Part shown: piece by piece, positions 40,227 through 49,718 of the stretch
Numbering within the stretch: position 1 is the first letter of the stretch
How the letters are laid out: every line of letters starts with the position of its first letter
NCBI GenBank assembly: GCA_046482545.1
Contig: JAWOEX010000023.1
Coordinates: forward strand, 590 to 64,589
Direction of reading: 5' to 3'
DNA length: 64,000 nt
Source of the DNA: Candidatus Thorarchaeota archaeon
GTDB lineage: Archaea > Asgardarchaeota > Thorarchaeia > Thorarchaeales > Thorarchaeaceae
Program-made: the position numbers and the translations under genes
Notes under the pieces: generated by a model
The model's input: only the letters and a program-made list of their open reading frames with translations
What the model was told of the DNA's origin: nothing
Database searches by the model: none

Positions 40227-42388
40227 CGAAAACCGAACTGAAACATGCTTCAAATGTTCTTGGTAGAAAGCCCAATGAAACAGAACTTGCAATGCTTGAC
40301 GTATTGTGGAGTGAACATTGCAGCTATAAGAGTAGTAAGAGATGGTTTCATCTGTTCAAGACAAAGGGAAAACAAGTCTATTTGGGTATTGGAGAAGGAG
40401 CGGGGCTTGTTGACATAGGGGATGAGACCCTTCTAGGGGTGGCAATGGAATCGCACAATCATCCAAGTCAAATTGACCCATACAACGGAGCTGCCACAGG
40501 CGTTGGCGGAATAATCCGAGATGTGATATCCCAGGGCTGTAAGCCGGTTGGATTGATGAATTGCCTGCGGTTTGGTCATCCTAGTAAGCTAAGGAATGCA
40601 TATCTTCTGGAGCATGTTGTGAGAGGAATCTCAGACTACGGTAACAGTGTTGGGATTCCCATGGTAGGAGGTGACCTAGAGTTTGATGACTCCTATAATG
40701 GTAATTGTCTCGTGAATGTGGCCTGCATTGGTGTCGTCAAACCTGACAAAGTTATCAGAAGCATTGCACGAACTCCGGGGCACCACTTGGTTATGTTTGG
40801 TTCAACAACCGGAAGAGACGGTATTGCTGGTGTGAGCTTCGCCTCAGAGAGCTTCTCCGACCAAGAGGAGGAAAAAAGAAGCGCGGTCCAGATAGGCGAC
40901 CCCCTAGCCAAGAAGGTTCTCCTTGATACCCTCAATGAATTAGTAGAAGAGGAGATTATTGTGGGTCTCCAAGATTTGGGAGGTGGTGGCCTTGCGTGTT
41001 GTGCAGGAGAGATGGCGGCGAATGGTGGCACAGGTGCAAGAATCGAGGTAGATAAAGTACCCCTAAGAGAGAAGGATATGGCATCGTGGGAAATCATCGT
41101 GTCAGAATCACAGGAAAGGATGCTCGCAGTGGTTCCACCCAAGAACTTGGACGCCGTGCTGGAGATATTAGCAAGAAATGAAACACCACATGCGGTTGTT
41201 GGCCAAGTGACAGATGATGAGCATTACACAGTCTTGCAGGCGGGCGAGGTTAAGGCTAAGGTACCCATTGACCTTCTTATCGATGGATTTCCCGTGCCTG
41301 AACGAGTTGAAGGTGCTATACCGGCACAGAAGCAGAACCTAGATTGGATCGAAGAAGAATACGATTTCTCCAGTATAATCTTGAATCTGATGAAATCCCT
41401 CAATATCTGCGATCGTTCTTGGGTTTATTCGCAGTATGATCAGCATGTCCAGACAAATACCATCGTGGACATCGGAGAGAATGCGGGTGTTCTTGAATTC
41501 CCATTCGATAAGAAGATAGCATTCTCAAGTTCCTGTAAATCTTATTGGTGCCTTCTTAATCCTCAGCAAGGTACAGCCAACTCTGCGGCCAATGTGCTGC
41601 GGAATATTGTCTCCATGGGAGCAAGTCCTATCCTGATAGCAGACTGTCTCAACTTTGGCAACCCCGAACGACCCGAATCCTATGCTCAGTATGTAGAGGC
41701 GGTAAGAGGGCTCGGAAGATTCTCCAATGATTTCGATATACCCATTGTAGGAGGAAATGTTTCACTCTATAATGAGAGTAAGTCAAATGGGAAGGTTCGC
41801 CGGATTAACCCGACCCCAGAAATAATGATAGCCGGATTGTTTGAGCCCGGGTACATGCCTGTCAGAAGAAATCTAAAGACGCCCGCGTCGAAGTTATTGC
41901 TGGTAGGAGAGACTATGCCAGAACTCAACGGGACAGCTTTTCAGGAGACCTCGACTGGAAAGGTAAAAGGGTCCCCTCCAATCTATCGTCCCAGCTTGGA
42001 GAAAAACGTAATGAATGCAATGCTTGAAGCTCACAAAATGCAATTGATACAGTCATGCAATAACCTAGGAAGAGGGGGGTTTGCCATCGCAATGATGAAG
42101 ATGGTCATGAACAGTGACCATGGCTTCAAGATAGACTTGGAATCCATACCGGGAAGTGCTTCGAGAGATGTAGAGATACTTTTCTCTGAGTCTTCTGCTC
42201 GATATTTGGCTGAGGTCACCAAATCGAATCAACAGAAGTTCATGGGTTTGATGGAGAAGCACGAAGCACCCGTAATCGAGATTGGGAGGACAGTAGATGA
42301 ACACGTTTCTGATTTCGGAGATTTTCGGGTCGATCTGGAAGCAGCAGAACAAGCCTATAGAAAGGGCCTAAGAAAATACATGGAGTAA
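40220..42388 (+). CDS. purL: FGAM synthetase subunit PurL (small type)
   Basis: WSEHCSYKSS, ESHNHPS, GAATGVGGIIRD, SESQERM, GGNVSLYNE. Confidence 0.97.
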   Translation: MLTKTELKHASNVLGRKPNETELAMLDVLWSEHCSYKSSKRWFHLFKTKGKQVYLGIGEGAGLVDIGDETLLGVAMESHNHPSQIDPYNGAATGVGGIIRDVISQGCKPVGLMNCLRFGHPSKLRNAYLLEHVVRGISDYGNSVGIPMVGGDLEFDDSYNGNCLVNVACIGVVKPDKVIRSIARTPGHHLVMFGSTTGRDGIAGVSFASESFSDQEEEKRSAVQIGDPLAKKVLLDTLNELVEEEIIVGLQDLGGGGLACCAGEMAANGGTGARIEVDKVPLREKDMASWEIIVSESQERMLAVVPPKNLDAVLEILARNETPHAVVGQVTDDEHYTVLQAGEVKAKVPIDLLIDGFPVPERVEGAIPAQKQNLDWIEEEYDFSSIILNLMKSLNICDRSWVYSQYDQHVQTNTIVDIGENAGVLEFPFDKKIAFSSSCKSYWCLLNPQQGTANSAANVLRNIVSMGASPILIADCLNFGNPERPESYAQYVEAVRGLGRFSNDFDIPIVGGNVSLYNESKSNGKVRRINPTPEIMIAGLFEPGYMPVRRNLKTPASKLLLVGETMPELNGTAFQETSTGKVKGSPPIYRPSLEKNVMNAMLEAHKMQLIQSCNNLGRGGFAIAMMKMVMNSDHGFKIDLESIPGSASRDVEILFSESSARYLAEVTKSNQQKFMGLMEKHEAPVIEIGRTVDEHVSDFGDFRVDLEAAEQAYRKGLRKYME

Positions 42389-42393
42389 TCTAT

Positions 42394-43830
42394 TTGACGG
42401 ACGTACTGGTAATTGCAGGTAGCAAAAGCGATGCCAAGATAGTAAGAAAGGCAACACGGGTACTCAACGATCTCTCAGTCTCACATATTGTGGAGTATGC
42501 ATCAGCTCATCGAGAACCAGAAAGAGTGAGAGAGATTGTTGAAGATACAGAAGCCAATGTTATAATTGCAATTGCTGGCCTTGCGGCAGCACTTCCGGGA
42601 GTTGTTGCATCGCTCACAGAAAAGCCGGTGATTGGAGTTCCAGTCTCTGCAGCTATCGGGGGCCTTGATGCCCTCTTATCGATTGCGCAGATGCCAAAGG
42701 GTGTACCAGTGGCAACTGTAGGTATTGACAACGGTCAGAATGCAGCCTATTTGGCCGCTCGGATAATGGGGGTAAAACCACCACACCAAGCAGAGGTACC
42801 CCAGACTTACGCAGAGGCAGGAGTAGAAGAGGAAGAGGTCTCCAAGGGACTGGAAGTACTTGGAAAATATGTGAGAGAATCCTTTCAGTATGGAGAAGTC
42901 ATGCAGGACTATGGTCACTATGCGAACACAGTGAAGATTTCAGACAATCTATGTATCGCTCTATCAACTGACGGTGTCGGAAGTAAGGTCCTCGTTGCCG
43001 AGATGGCGGAGAGATACGATACAATTGGGCAAGACTGCGTCGCGATGAATGTTAACGACCTAATCTCGATTGGTGCTATGCCAATAGGATTTGTTGACTA
43101 CCTGGCCTCGAAGGAACCGCTTCCTGTTCAGATTCTTGAGCAAATCGGTCAGAGCCTTCTCGATGCGTGTACTGAATCCGGAATCCCTATCCTCGGTGGT
43201 GAAATGGCAATCCTTCCCGAAATCATACAGGGAGCCTCGGACATTGCCTTAGATTTAGCTGGGACAGCCGTTGGCATGGCTCATCCGTTGAAACTCATTG
43301 ATGGTAGTGCAATAGAAAATGGGGATGCAATTTTAGGTGTTTCATCAAATGGACTCCACTCAAATGGATTCACGCTTGCTAGGAAGGTGGTTTTCTCATC
43401 ACTCAATATCAATGACAAATTTCCATGGGGCAGGAATGTCTCAGATGAGTTGCTAAGACCAACCAGAGTATATGTCCCTCATTTCCGAGCATTGAGAGAA
43501 CATGGGATTGAAGTCCGTGGAGTTGCACATATCACGGGTTCAGGATTCAAGAAAATTCTCCGCCTTCACACTGCAAGATTCAAAATCAAGAGATTTCCTG
43601 ATGTTCCACCAATTTTCTCGTTTCTTCAGAAGCAAGGAGATATCAAATGGAAAGAGATGTTCTCTACTTTCAATATGGGAGTTGGCCTAATCGTAATTGT
43701 CTCTCACAGTCAGAAACAATCGGCATTTCAGGCCCTCTCCGCCCTTGATGAAACCTATGATTTAGGGGTTGTGGAGAAGACAGACACACCTTCAGTATTC
43801 ATTGAGCCATATGGAGTCGAACTATCGTGA
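42394..43830 (+). CDS. purM: Fused PurE (AIR carboxylase/N5-CAIR mutase) and PurM (AIR synthetase)
   Basis: N-terminal GSKSD, SAHR, QMPKGVPVATV (PurE). From ~42800, TYAEAGV, TDGVGSK, AMNVNDL, GGEMA, SNGLHSNGF, HITG, FNMGVG (PurM). Confidence 0.92.
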   Translation: MTDVLVIAGSKSDAKIVRKATRVLNDLSVSHIVEYASAHREPERVREIVEDTEANVIIAIAGLAAALPGVVASLTEKPVIGVPVSAAIGGLDALLSIAQMPKGVPVATVGIDNGQNAAYLAARIMGVKPPHQAEVPQTYAEAGVEEEEVSKGLEVLGKYVRESFQYGEVMQDYGHYANTVKISDNLCIALSTDGVGSKVLVAEMAERYDTIGQDCVAMNVNDLISIGAMPIGFVDYLASKEPLPVQILEQIGQSLLDACTESGIPILGGEMAILPEIIQGASDIALDLAGTAVGMAHPLKLIDGSAIENGDAILGVSSNGLHSNGFTLARKVVFSSLNINDKFPWGRNVSDELLRPTRVYVPHFRALREHGIEVRGVAHITGSGFKKILRLHTARFKIKRFPDVPPIFSFLQKQGDIKWKEMFSTFNMGVGLIVIVSHSQKQSAFQALSALDETYDLGVVEKTDTPSVFIEPYGVELS

Positions 43831-45083
43831 CCAACGTCCTGCTAATCGGAAACGGAGCCAGAGAGCACGCCATAGCTCGCGCACTCCACAAATCGGGTGT
43901 CATTCTATGGTCACTGATGGAATATGTAAATCCAGGCATCGAATCGCTTTCAGAACGAGCATTTCAAGGAAAGCTCAACGAGATAGACACAATATCGAAT
44001 CTAGAAGAGATTGATTATGCTGTTGTTGGACCTGAAGCCCCACTAGGGAAGGGAGTTGTTGATGAACTCGAGCAGCGCGGAATTCCTGCTGTCGGTCCCT
44101 GCAAGGGCCCGGCAAATCTCGAAATCAGCAAGGTCTTCGCCAGGCAGCTGCTCCAACGCGTATCGCCAGAAGCGAATCCGAGATTCGAGGTCGTGAATAG
44201 AGCAAAGGATATCAACACCGCAATAGATGAAATTGGCCTTGAAGATCTTGTAATCAAGCCAGATGGCTTGACTGGTGGAAAGGGTGTAAGACTGTTTGAG
44301 GAGCATGTACATTCACGCGATGAGGCTATTGATTATGCAGAAAGAATGATCCAACGGGATGGATGTGTAATCTTGGAGGAGAAGCTTGCCGGGCGAGAAT
44401 TCACAGTTCAGGCGTTTGTTGATGGGTCCGGAAGAATCGAACCCATGCCTCTTGTTCGGGATTTCAAGAGAGCCTTTGATGGTGACACCGGGCCTAATAC
44501 CGGTTCAATGGGTTCCTATTCACGGCAATCCCACGATTTGGAATACCTGAGTAATAGCGAGGCTGATACTGCTGTGGATATTATGAGAAAAACCGTTAAG
44601 GCAGTAGAGAAAGAGACTGGCGAGTCCTACAAAGGTATTCTCTATGGCCAATTCATGAAGACTCAAGACCAAGTCAAGGTAATTGAGTTTAACGTGAGAT
44701 TTGGCGATCCCGAGGCGATGAATGTTCTCTCAATCTTGGAAACACCAATGAACGAGGTGTGCCAGGGCATTATCAACGGCTCACTGAAGAAGCCACAATT
44801 CAAGAATCTTGCAACAGTTTGTGTTTACATCGTACCCGAGGGCTATCCAGGCGATAGTGTCCTCGTTGATGAGCCCTTATTTGTCAGGAATGGAATCGAG
44901 AATGAGCTCTATTACGCGTCAGTCTATAGGAGAAAACGAAGCATCTACACAACTGGAAGCCGCTCTATTGCTATTCTGGCAAAAGGTCCTTCTGTCAGAG
45001 AGGCTAGAAACGCCGCCTATAGGGATGTCGATAAAATCGACGGTAGAGTCCGATATCGAAAAGACATTGCAGAAGAGTTCTAG
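43827..45083 (+). CDS. purD: Phosphoribosylamine--glycine ligase
   Basis: GNGAREHA, VGPEAPL, GKGV, GPNTGSMG, EFNVRFGDPE. Confidence 0.96.
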   Translation: MTNVLLIGNGAREHAIARALHKSGVILWSLMEYVNPGIESLSERAFQGKLNEIDTISNLEEIDYAVVGPEAPLGKGVVDELEQRGIPAVGPCKGPANLEISKVFARQLLQRVSPEANPRFEVVNRAKDINTAIDEIGLEDLVIKPDGLTGGKGVRLFEEHVHSRDEAIDYAERMIQRDGCVILEEKLAGREFTVQAFVDGSGRIEPMPLVRDFKRAFDGDTGPNTGSMGSYSRQSHDLEYLSNSEADTAVDIMRKTVKAVEKETGESYKGILYGQFMKTQDQVKVIEFNVRFGDPEAMNVLSILETPMNEVCQGIINGSLKKPQFKNLATVCVYIVPEGYPGDSVLVDEPLFVRNGIENELYYASVYRRKRSIYTTGSRSIAILAKGPSVREARNAAYRDVDKIDGRVRYRKDIAEEF

Positions 45084-45099
45084 AAAAGGTGATTAAGTC

Positions 45100-46662
45100 G
45101 TGACCGCCACAGAGTGCGTCCTAGTGGTTGATTTTGGAGGGCAATACACACATCTCATATCTCGTCGATGCAGAGATCTAGGCGTTTTCGCTAAGATTAT
45201 TCCTCAAGACAAAGCCCTGACCGGTGAGGATTTACAGGGTGTAAAAGGAGTGATTCTCTCAGGGGGTCCTCGATCGATTGAAGACGGTGATTTGGGAGCT
45301 CCCTTTGACGCAAACATGGAACAGCTTCATGAGAAGCAGATTCCCGTTCTAGGAATCTGTTTCGGACATCAACTGCTGGCGATTTGGAAAGGAGCACAAC
45401 TCTCTCCCGGCGGCAACCCCGAGTATGGCAAAACAGAACTACAGCTGTTGGAGAGGGAGTCTATCTTAGCCGAGCTTGAAAATGAGCAGCAAGTCTGGAT
45501 GTCTCATAGCGATGAGGTTGCGGAGTTGCCACAGGATTTGGAGCCTCTGGCAATGAGCGGAGAAGCGAGAATTGCCGCTTTCCGTAGCAAAGATGACCTC
45601 CTCTTTGGAGTCCAGTTCCATCCAGAAGTCACCCATACTCCAAATGGTATGACGGTTCTACAGAGATTCCTGCGCAATAAGTGTCAATGCAAAGACACAT
45701 GGACTCCTGAAGAAGAAGTCAGCAGTATATTCAGTTCAATACAGAAGAAAGTGGGCAATGGCAGAGTGCTAATGGGTACGAGCGGAGGTGTTGATTCTAC
45801 TGTAGCAGCATACCTAATCCATCAGGCAATAGGTGAGAGACTTTATTGTGTCTTTGTGGACAATGGTCTCCTTCGAGCTGGAGAGCGTCATGAGGTAGAG
45901 AGAGCCTTCAGGGAGATGAATTTCGAACACTTCGTTGTCGTGGACGCCTCGGAAAGATTCCTCAAGCAGTTGGAGGGGGTTGAAGACCCCGAAGAGAAGC
46001 GCAAAGTGATTGCGGATACGTTTATTGAAGTTTTTGAGGAAAAAGCCAAGAATCTCGGAGACGAAATCGGAGAATTCGATTTCCTGGGGCAGGGAACCAT
46101 CTATCCAGATCGGGTAGAAAGCGCAGCCACAGGAAAGTCGACTGCGGTCATCAAAAGTCACCATAATGTACGATTACCGGCGTGGATGAGCCTCAAATTG
46201 GTGGAACCCCTGAAGAACCTGTACAAAGATGAGGTTCGGAAAGTGGGAATTTCCCTCGGGATTCCAAATCATATGGTTCGGAGACAGCCTTTCCCAGGAC
46301 CATCCCTTGCTATCAGAATTGGAGGACCAGTAACTAAGAAACAAATCGCAATTGTTAGAGAGGCTGACGCCATATTGCAGAATGAGCTCAAAAATGAGCC
46401 AATCTACTCCTCGATATGGCAATCGTTCTGCGTGCTTCTTCCTGTTAGATCGGTGGGTGTTATGGGGGACGAACGTACCTATGATCAGGCGATTGCTATA
46501 CGAATCGTTGAGAGCTCTGACGCAATGACAGCATCTGTAATTAGGCCCGATTGGAGCTTGCTTCTTCATATATCTTCGAGAATAGTGAATGAAGTCGACG
46601 GAATCAACAGAGTGGTATATGACCTCACATCAAAGCCACCGGGAACAATAGAATGGTACTAA
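45100..46662 (+). CDS. guaA: GMP synthase (glutamine-hydrolysing), two-domain type
   Basis: DFGGQY, GICFGHQ, QFHPEV, SGGVDS, IKSHHNV, KPPGTIEW. Confidence 0.97.
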   Translation: MTATECVLVVDFGGQYTHLISRRCRDLGVFAKIIPQDKALTGEDLQGVKGVILSGGPRSIEDGDLGAPFDANMEQLHEKQIPVLGICFGHQLLAIWKGAQLSPGGNPEYGKTELQLLERESILAELENEQQVWMSHSDEVAELPQDLEPLAMSGEARIAAFRSKDDLLFGVQFHPEVTHTPNGMTVLQRFLRNKCQCKDTWTPEEEVSSIFSSIQKKVGNGRVLMGTSGGVDSTVAAYLIHQAIGERLYCVFVDNGLLRAGERHEVERAFREMNFEHFVVVDASERFLKQLEGVEDPEEKRKVIADTFIEVFEEKAKNLGDEIGEFDFLGQGTIYPDRVESAATGKSTAVIKSHHNVRLPAWMSLKLVEPLKNLYKDEVRKVGISLGIPNHMVRRQPFPGPSLAIRIGGPVTKKQIAIVREADAILQNELKNEPIYSSIWQSFCVLLPVRSVGVMGDERTYDQAIAIRIVESSDAMTASVIRPDWSLLLHISSRIVNEVDGINRVVYDLTSKPPGTIEWY

Positions 46663-46843
46663 TCGCAGGTCTCATTATTCAAGGTATAAGAGTACGTTTC
46701 ATGATGAGGACACCACAACGCAGAATGTATAGTCCATTGAGTGTTGCTTCCCCACTACGCCTCAGCAGGCACTTGAACCTCTCCCAGCGAATCCGTCTCA
46801 CTTCTTGTTTCCCACACCATGGTTATACACACCAGCACGAGAG

Positions 46844-47707
46844 TTATACAAGCATTTCATCGATTATATCTTGCAGAACTTCAGCATTGTTTTTATGGTC
46901 TCTAAGCCTTCCTTCAGGAAGCGCCAATTCGTCTGCCAAGTGTGTTCTCTCATGTTTGTAAAAAACGCCAGTTGGAATGCTATCTCCAAACTCGAATGAT
47001 TTCTCCAAAGCTGCAGATTTGTCACTACTGTCGTGTTCAGTATCTTTCAGTTTGTACACCCTTTCCCTGAAGAAATCCCAGTCCCATTTCGGGTTAAACA
47101 CTACACAAGGTTGCATTATCTCGACCAATGCAAATCCGGAATGTTGCACCCCATCTACTATCAGCTGAGTAAGCTGCTGAATATCGCCAGCAAAGCCTCT
47201 AGCCACAAATGTCGCTCCACCCATGATTGCCACTCCAATCGGATTCACTGGATCCATTGGAACTCCTATTGGCGGCGGTGAAGTCTTGCTCACAAAGCCA
47301 TGAGGAGAAGTGGGAGAGTATTGACCTTTGGTCAGACCATATACGCCGTTGTTGTGGAGAAGGCAGGTTATATTGACATTCCTTCGTGCTGCGTGCATCA
47401 GATGACCAAGACCTTCGCCAAGCAAATCTCCGTCTCCCCCATGTACAATCACTTTCAGGTCAGTGTTGGCAACGTGAGCTCCTGTTGCAACTGGAATCGC
47501 CCGCCCGTGAAGGGTGTGGAACCCATTCAGATTGATGAAATGAGGAGTTTTTCCTGATTGCCCTATTCCAGACACCAAGAAGAACTCATGTTTAGGATGT
47601 CCGAGCTCCATCACAGCCTGTTTGAGCGCTCGTAGGATTCCGAAGTTGCCACAACCTGGACACCATTGGATTTCCTGAGGGGGTTCCAATTCTTCTCGGT
47701 CTATCAT
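46844..47707 (-). CDS. 2-oxoacid:ferredoxin oxidoreductase beta subunit
   Basis: WCPGCG, HGRA, GGDGD, YGLTKGQYSPT. Confidence 0.95.
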   Translation of the reverse strand: MIDREELEPPQEIQWCPGCGNFGILRALKQAVMELGHPKHEFFLVSGIGQSGKTPHFINLNGFHTLHGRAIPVATGAHVANTDLKVIVHGGDGDLLGEGLGHLMHAARRNVNITCLLHNNGVYGLTKGQYSPTSPHGFVSKTSPPPIGVPMDPVNPIGVAIMGGATFVARGFAGDIQQLTQLIVDGVQHSGFALVEIMQPCVVFNPKWDWDFFRERVYKLKDTEHDSSDKSAALEKSFEFGDSIPTGVFYKHERTHLADELALPEGRLRDHKNNAEVLQDIIDEMLV

Positions 47708-49419
47708 CGTACACCAACCTCCTTCAACTGGTTTATTATCCAGCGGGGTGTCATGGGACGCCCATCATACTTGTTGATTTCCTGATCGACGCTCAATCCC
47801 GTTTCCATCCTAACAAGCTTCGCAAATTGCGATGTTGCATTTTGTTCCACAGAGACCACATTCTTAGCATGTTTCCAGGTTTCACGGAGGATGTCAGTCT
47901 TCAGTGGATAGAGATAAGCGTAATGGAGATGATTGATGGACAACCCTTTTTGAGACAATCTGAGCATCGCCTCATATGCCGCCCCCCAGGTAGACCCCCA
48001 TGTCAGGAGTGTGTATTCTGCTCCCTTGTTCCCATATAACTTCGGTTCTTCGAGTTCTTCTAGTATGCCAGAAATTTTCGCCAATCGTTTCTCGACCATG
48101 TCTTTCCGATTATCGGGGGCCTCTGAAATATGGCCGAATTCATTATGGGAGTTCCCGGAAGCAGCAACCACCACGCCTTCGTCGCCAGGAAATGCTCGCG
48201 GGGAAACACCATCGTCAGTTATTTTGAATCGCTTGTAAGGATTATCTACATTCTCAGCAAGTTCTCCTCGGTTCATGTTGATGTCTTTTACTTCAATTCT
48301 TGGAATATTCATGCTAAACTCTGCGAGATGGTGATCACCAAGCAGCATAACGGGGACCTGAAATCGGTCCGCTAGACGAAAAGCATTCTTCGTGAGCTGA
48401 TATGCTTCGAGAGGATCCTTTGGGGCAATCATGATTCTTGGAAACTCACCCTGTGAAGCATGAAGCATGAATAGCAGGTCACCCTGTTCCGTTCGTGTTG
48501 GCAAGCCTGTACTCGGACCGGGCCGCTGGGCATTATAGATTACTATCGGGATTTCAGCCATGCCTGCCAGTCCAAGAGCTTCCACCATCAGTGAAAATCC
48601 CCCACCGGAAGTTGTAATCATGGATCGAGCGCCTGTGTGTGAAGCTCCAAGCGCCATATTTAGTCCAGCTATTTCATCCTCTGTTTGGAGTCCACCAATC
48701 TTCAAGCGCTCTGCATTCTGGATGATAAACTGGAAAAGTGATGTCGAGGGGCTCATGGGATAGGCAGATATCCACTTCAAATTAGCCGCGATAGCTCCGA
48801 TGCCAATAGCCTGATTTCCGGTTACAATCAATCGGTCTTTAGAAGGACCCCGTTCAACACTGCTGAAATCGTGGTCGCATTGATTGGCGAATTCACCCGC
48901 TACCCGTTCATACAAAGTCTTCGCAACTCTAATGTTCGCTTCTACCAAACTCTTTCCTTTGTCACCAAAGATACCCTGCAAAGCGTTCTCTGCGAGTGAA
49001 AGTGGCATTTTAAGAACTGATAACATAGCTCCCAAAGCGGCTGCATTCATCATACGAACATCACCACCCACTTTCTTGGCCGTTTCTTTAAGAGAGAGGG
49101 GCAGGTGACACTTCTCACATTCGTCAAAGCGGAGTGACTCATCAAATATGATAACACCGCCCTCAACAAGTCTGTCTCGCTGTTTGATAATCGCCTCTTT
49201 TGTCAAAGCAACAATCACATCGATATCATGAACGGGAGTATATACAGGCTCATCTGATACGCGAATCTGGCTGAAGTTGTAACCTCCTCTAACTCGTGAC
49301 ATGTAGTCCTTTATCGTAAATGTATAGAGGCCGTTCTTCACAAAGACTTGGGCTACTAGGTCTCCTATAGTGTTGATGCCTTGACCTGCTGCGCCGCCAA
49401 TATTGAAATTAATATCCAT
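47704..49419 (-). CDS. 2-oxoacid:acceptor oxidoreductase alpha subunit (gamma-alpha fused)
   Basis: GGAAGQGI, SRVRGG, YPMSPS, EDEIAG, QRPGPSTGLPT. Likely start MDINFN at 49419. Confidence 0.95.
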   Translation of the reverse strand: MDINFNIGGAAGQGINTIGDLVAQVFVKNGLYTFTIKDYMSRVRGGYNFSQIRVSDEPVYTPVHDIDVIVALTKEAIIKQRDRLVEGGVIIFDESLRFDECEKCHLPLSLKETAKKVGGDVRMMNAAALGAMLSVLKMPLSLAENALQGIFGDKGKSLVEANIRVAKTLYERVAGEFANQCDHDFSSVERGPSKDRLIVTGNQAIGIGAIAANLKWISAYPMSPSTSLFQFIIQNAERLKIGGLQTEDEIAGLNMALGASHTGARSMITTSGGGFSLMVEALGLAGMAEIPIVIYNAQRPGPSTGLPTRTEQGDLLFMLHASQGEFPRIMIAPKDPLEAYQLTKNAFRLADRFQVPVMLLGDHHLAEFSMNIPRIEVKDINMNRGELAENVDNPYKRFKITDDGVSPRAFPGDEGVVVAASGNSHNEFGHISEAPDNRKDMVEKRLAKISGILEELEEPKLYGNKGAEYTLLTWGSTWGAAYEAMLRLSQKGLSINHLHYAYLYPLKTDILRETWKHAKNVVSVEQNATSQFAKLVRMETGLSVDQEINKYDGRPMTPRWIINQLKEVGVR

Positions 49420-49595
49420 AGCAATGCGTCTCCGAGAAAGAAACCCGTCTGGATGGTTTATCTTGGGGTGCAAAACGTGAACCTCGCTTATTAGCATGTT
49501 CGTATCGGGAATTTGTAACGATTTTCTGAAATCTCAGGAGAAATCTATCGTGTGCTTGAAAAGCTGCCAATGGTGGATAAAGCAATCTTTTTAAA

Positions 49596-49647
49596 CGAAA
49601 CGCATGTACAGTTTTCTCAGTGTATTGCGAAACGCATGTACAGTTTT
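49596..49647 (+). repeat. Exact 20-bp direct repeat CGAAACGCATGTACAGTTTT (x2) in the thermosome promoter
   Basis: Copies at 49596-49615 and 49628-49647, immediately 3' of TATA-like TTTTTAAA. Confidence 0.9.
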
Positions 49648-49718
49648 GTCAAGAAAAGTCAGGCACTCTGTACTGCGATTCCGCACTTGAACAATAGACA
49701 AAAATGAGGTATGAAAAT

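Noticed and set aside
49596-49647. Direct repeat as a mini-CRISPR
   Set aside because: Only two 20-bp units with a 12-bp spacer, and no cas genes in the window.
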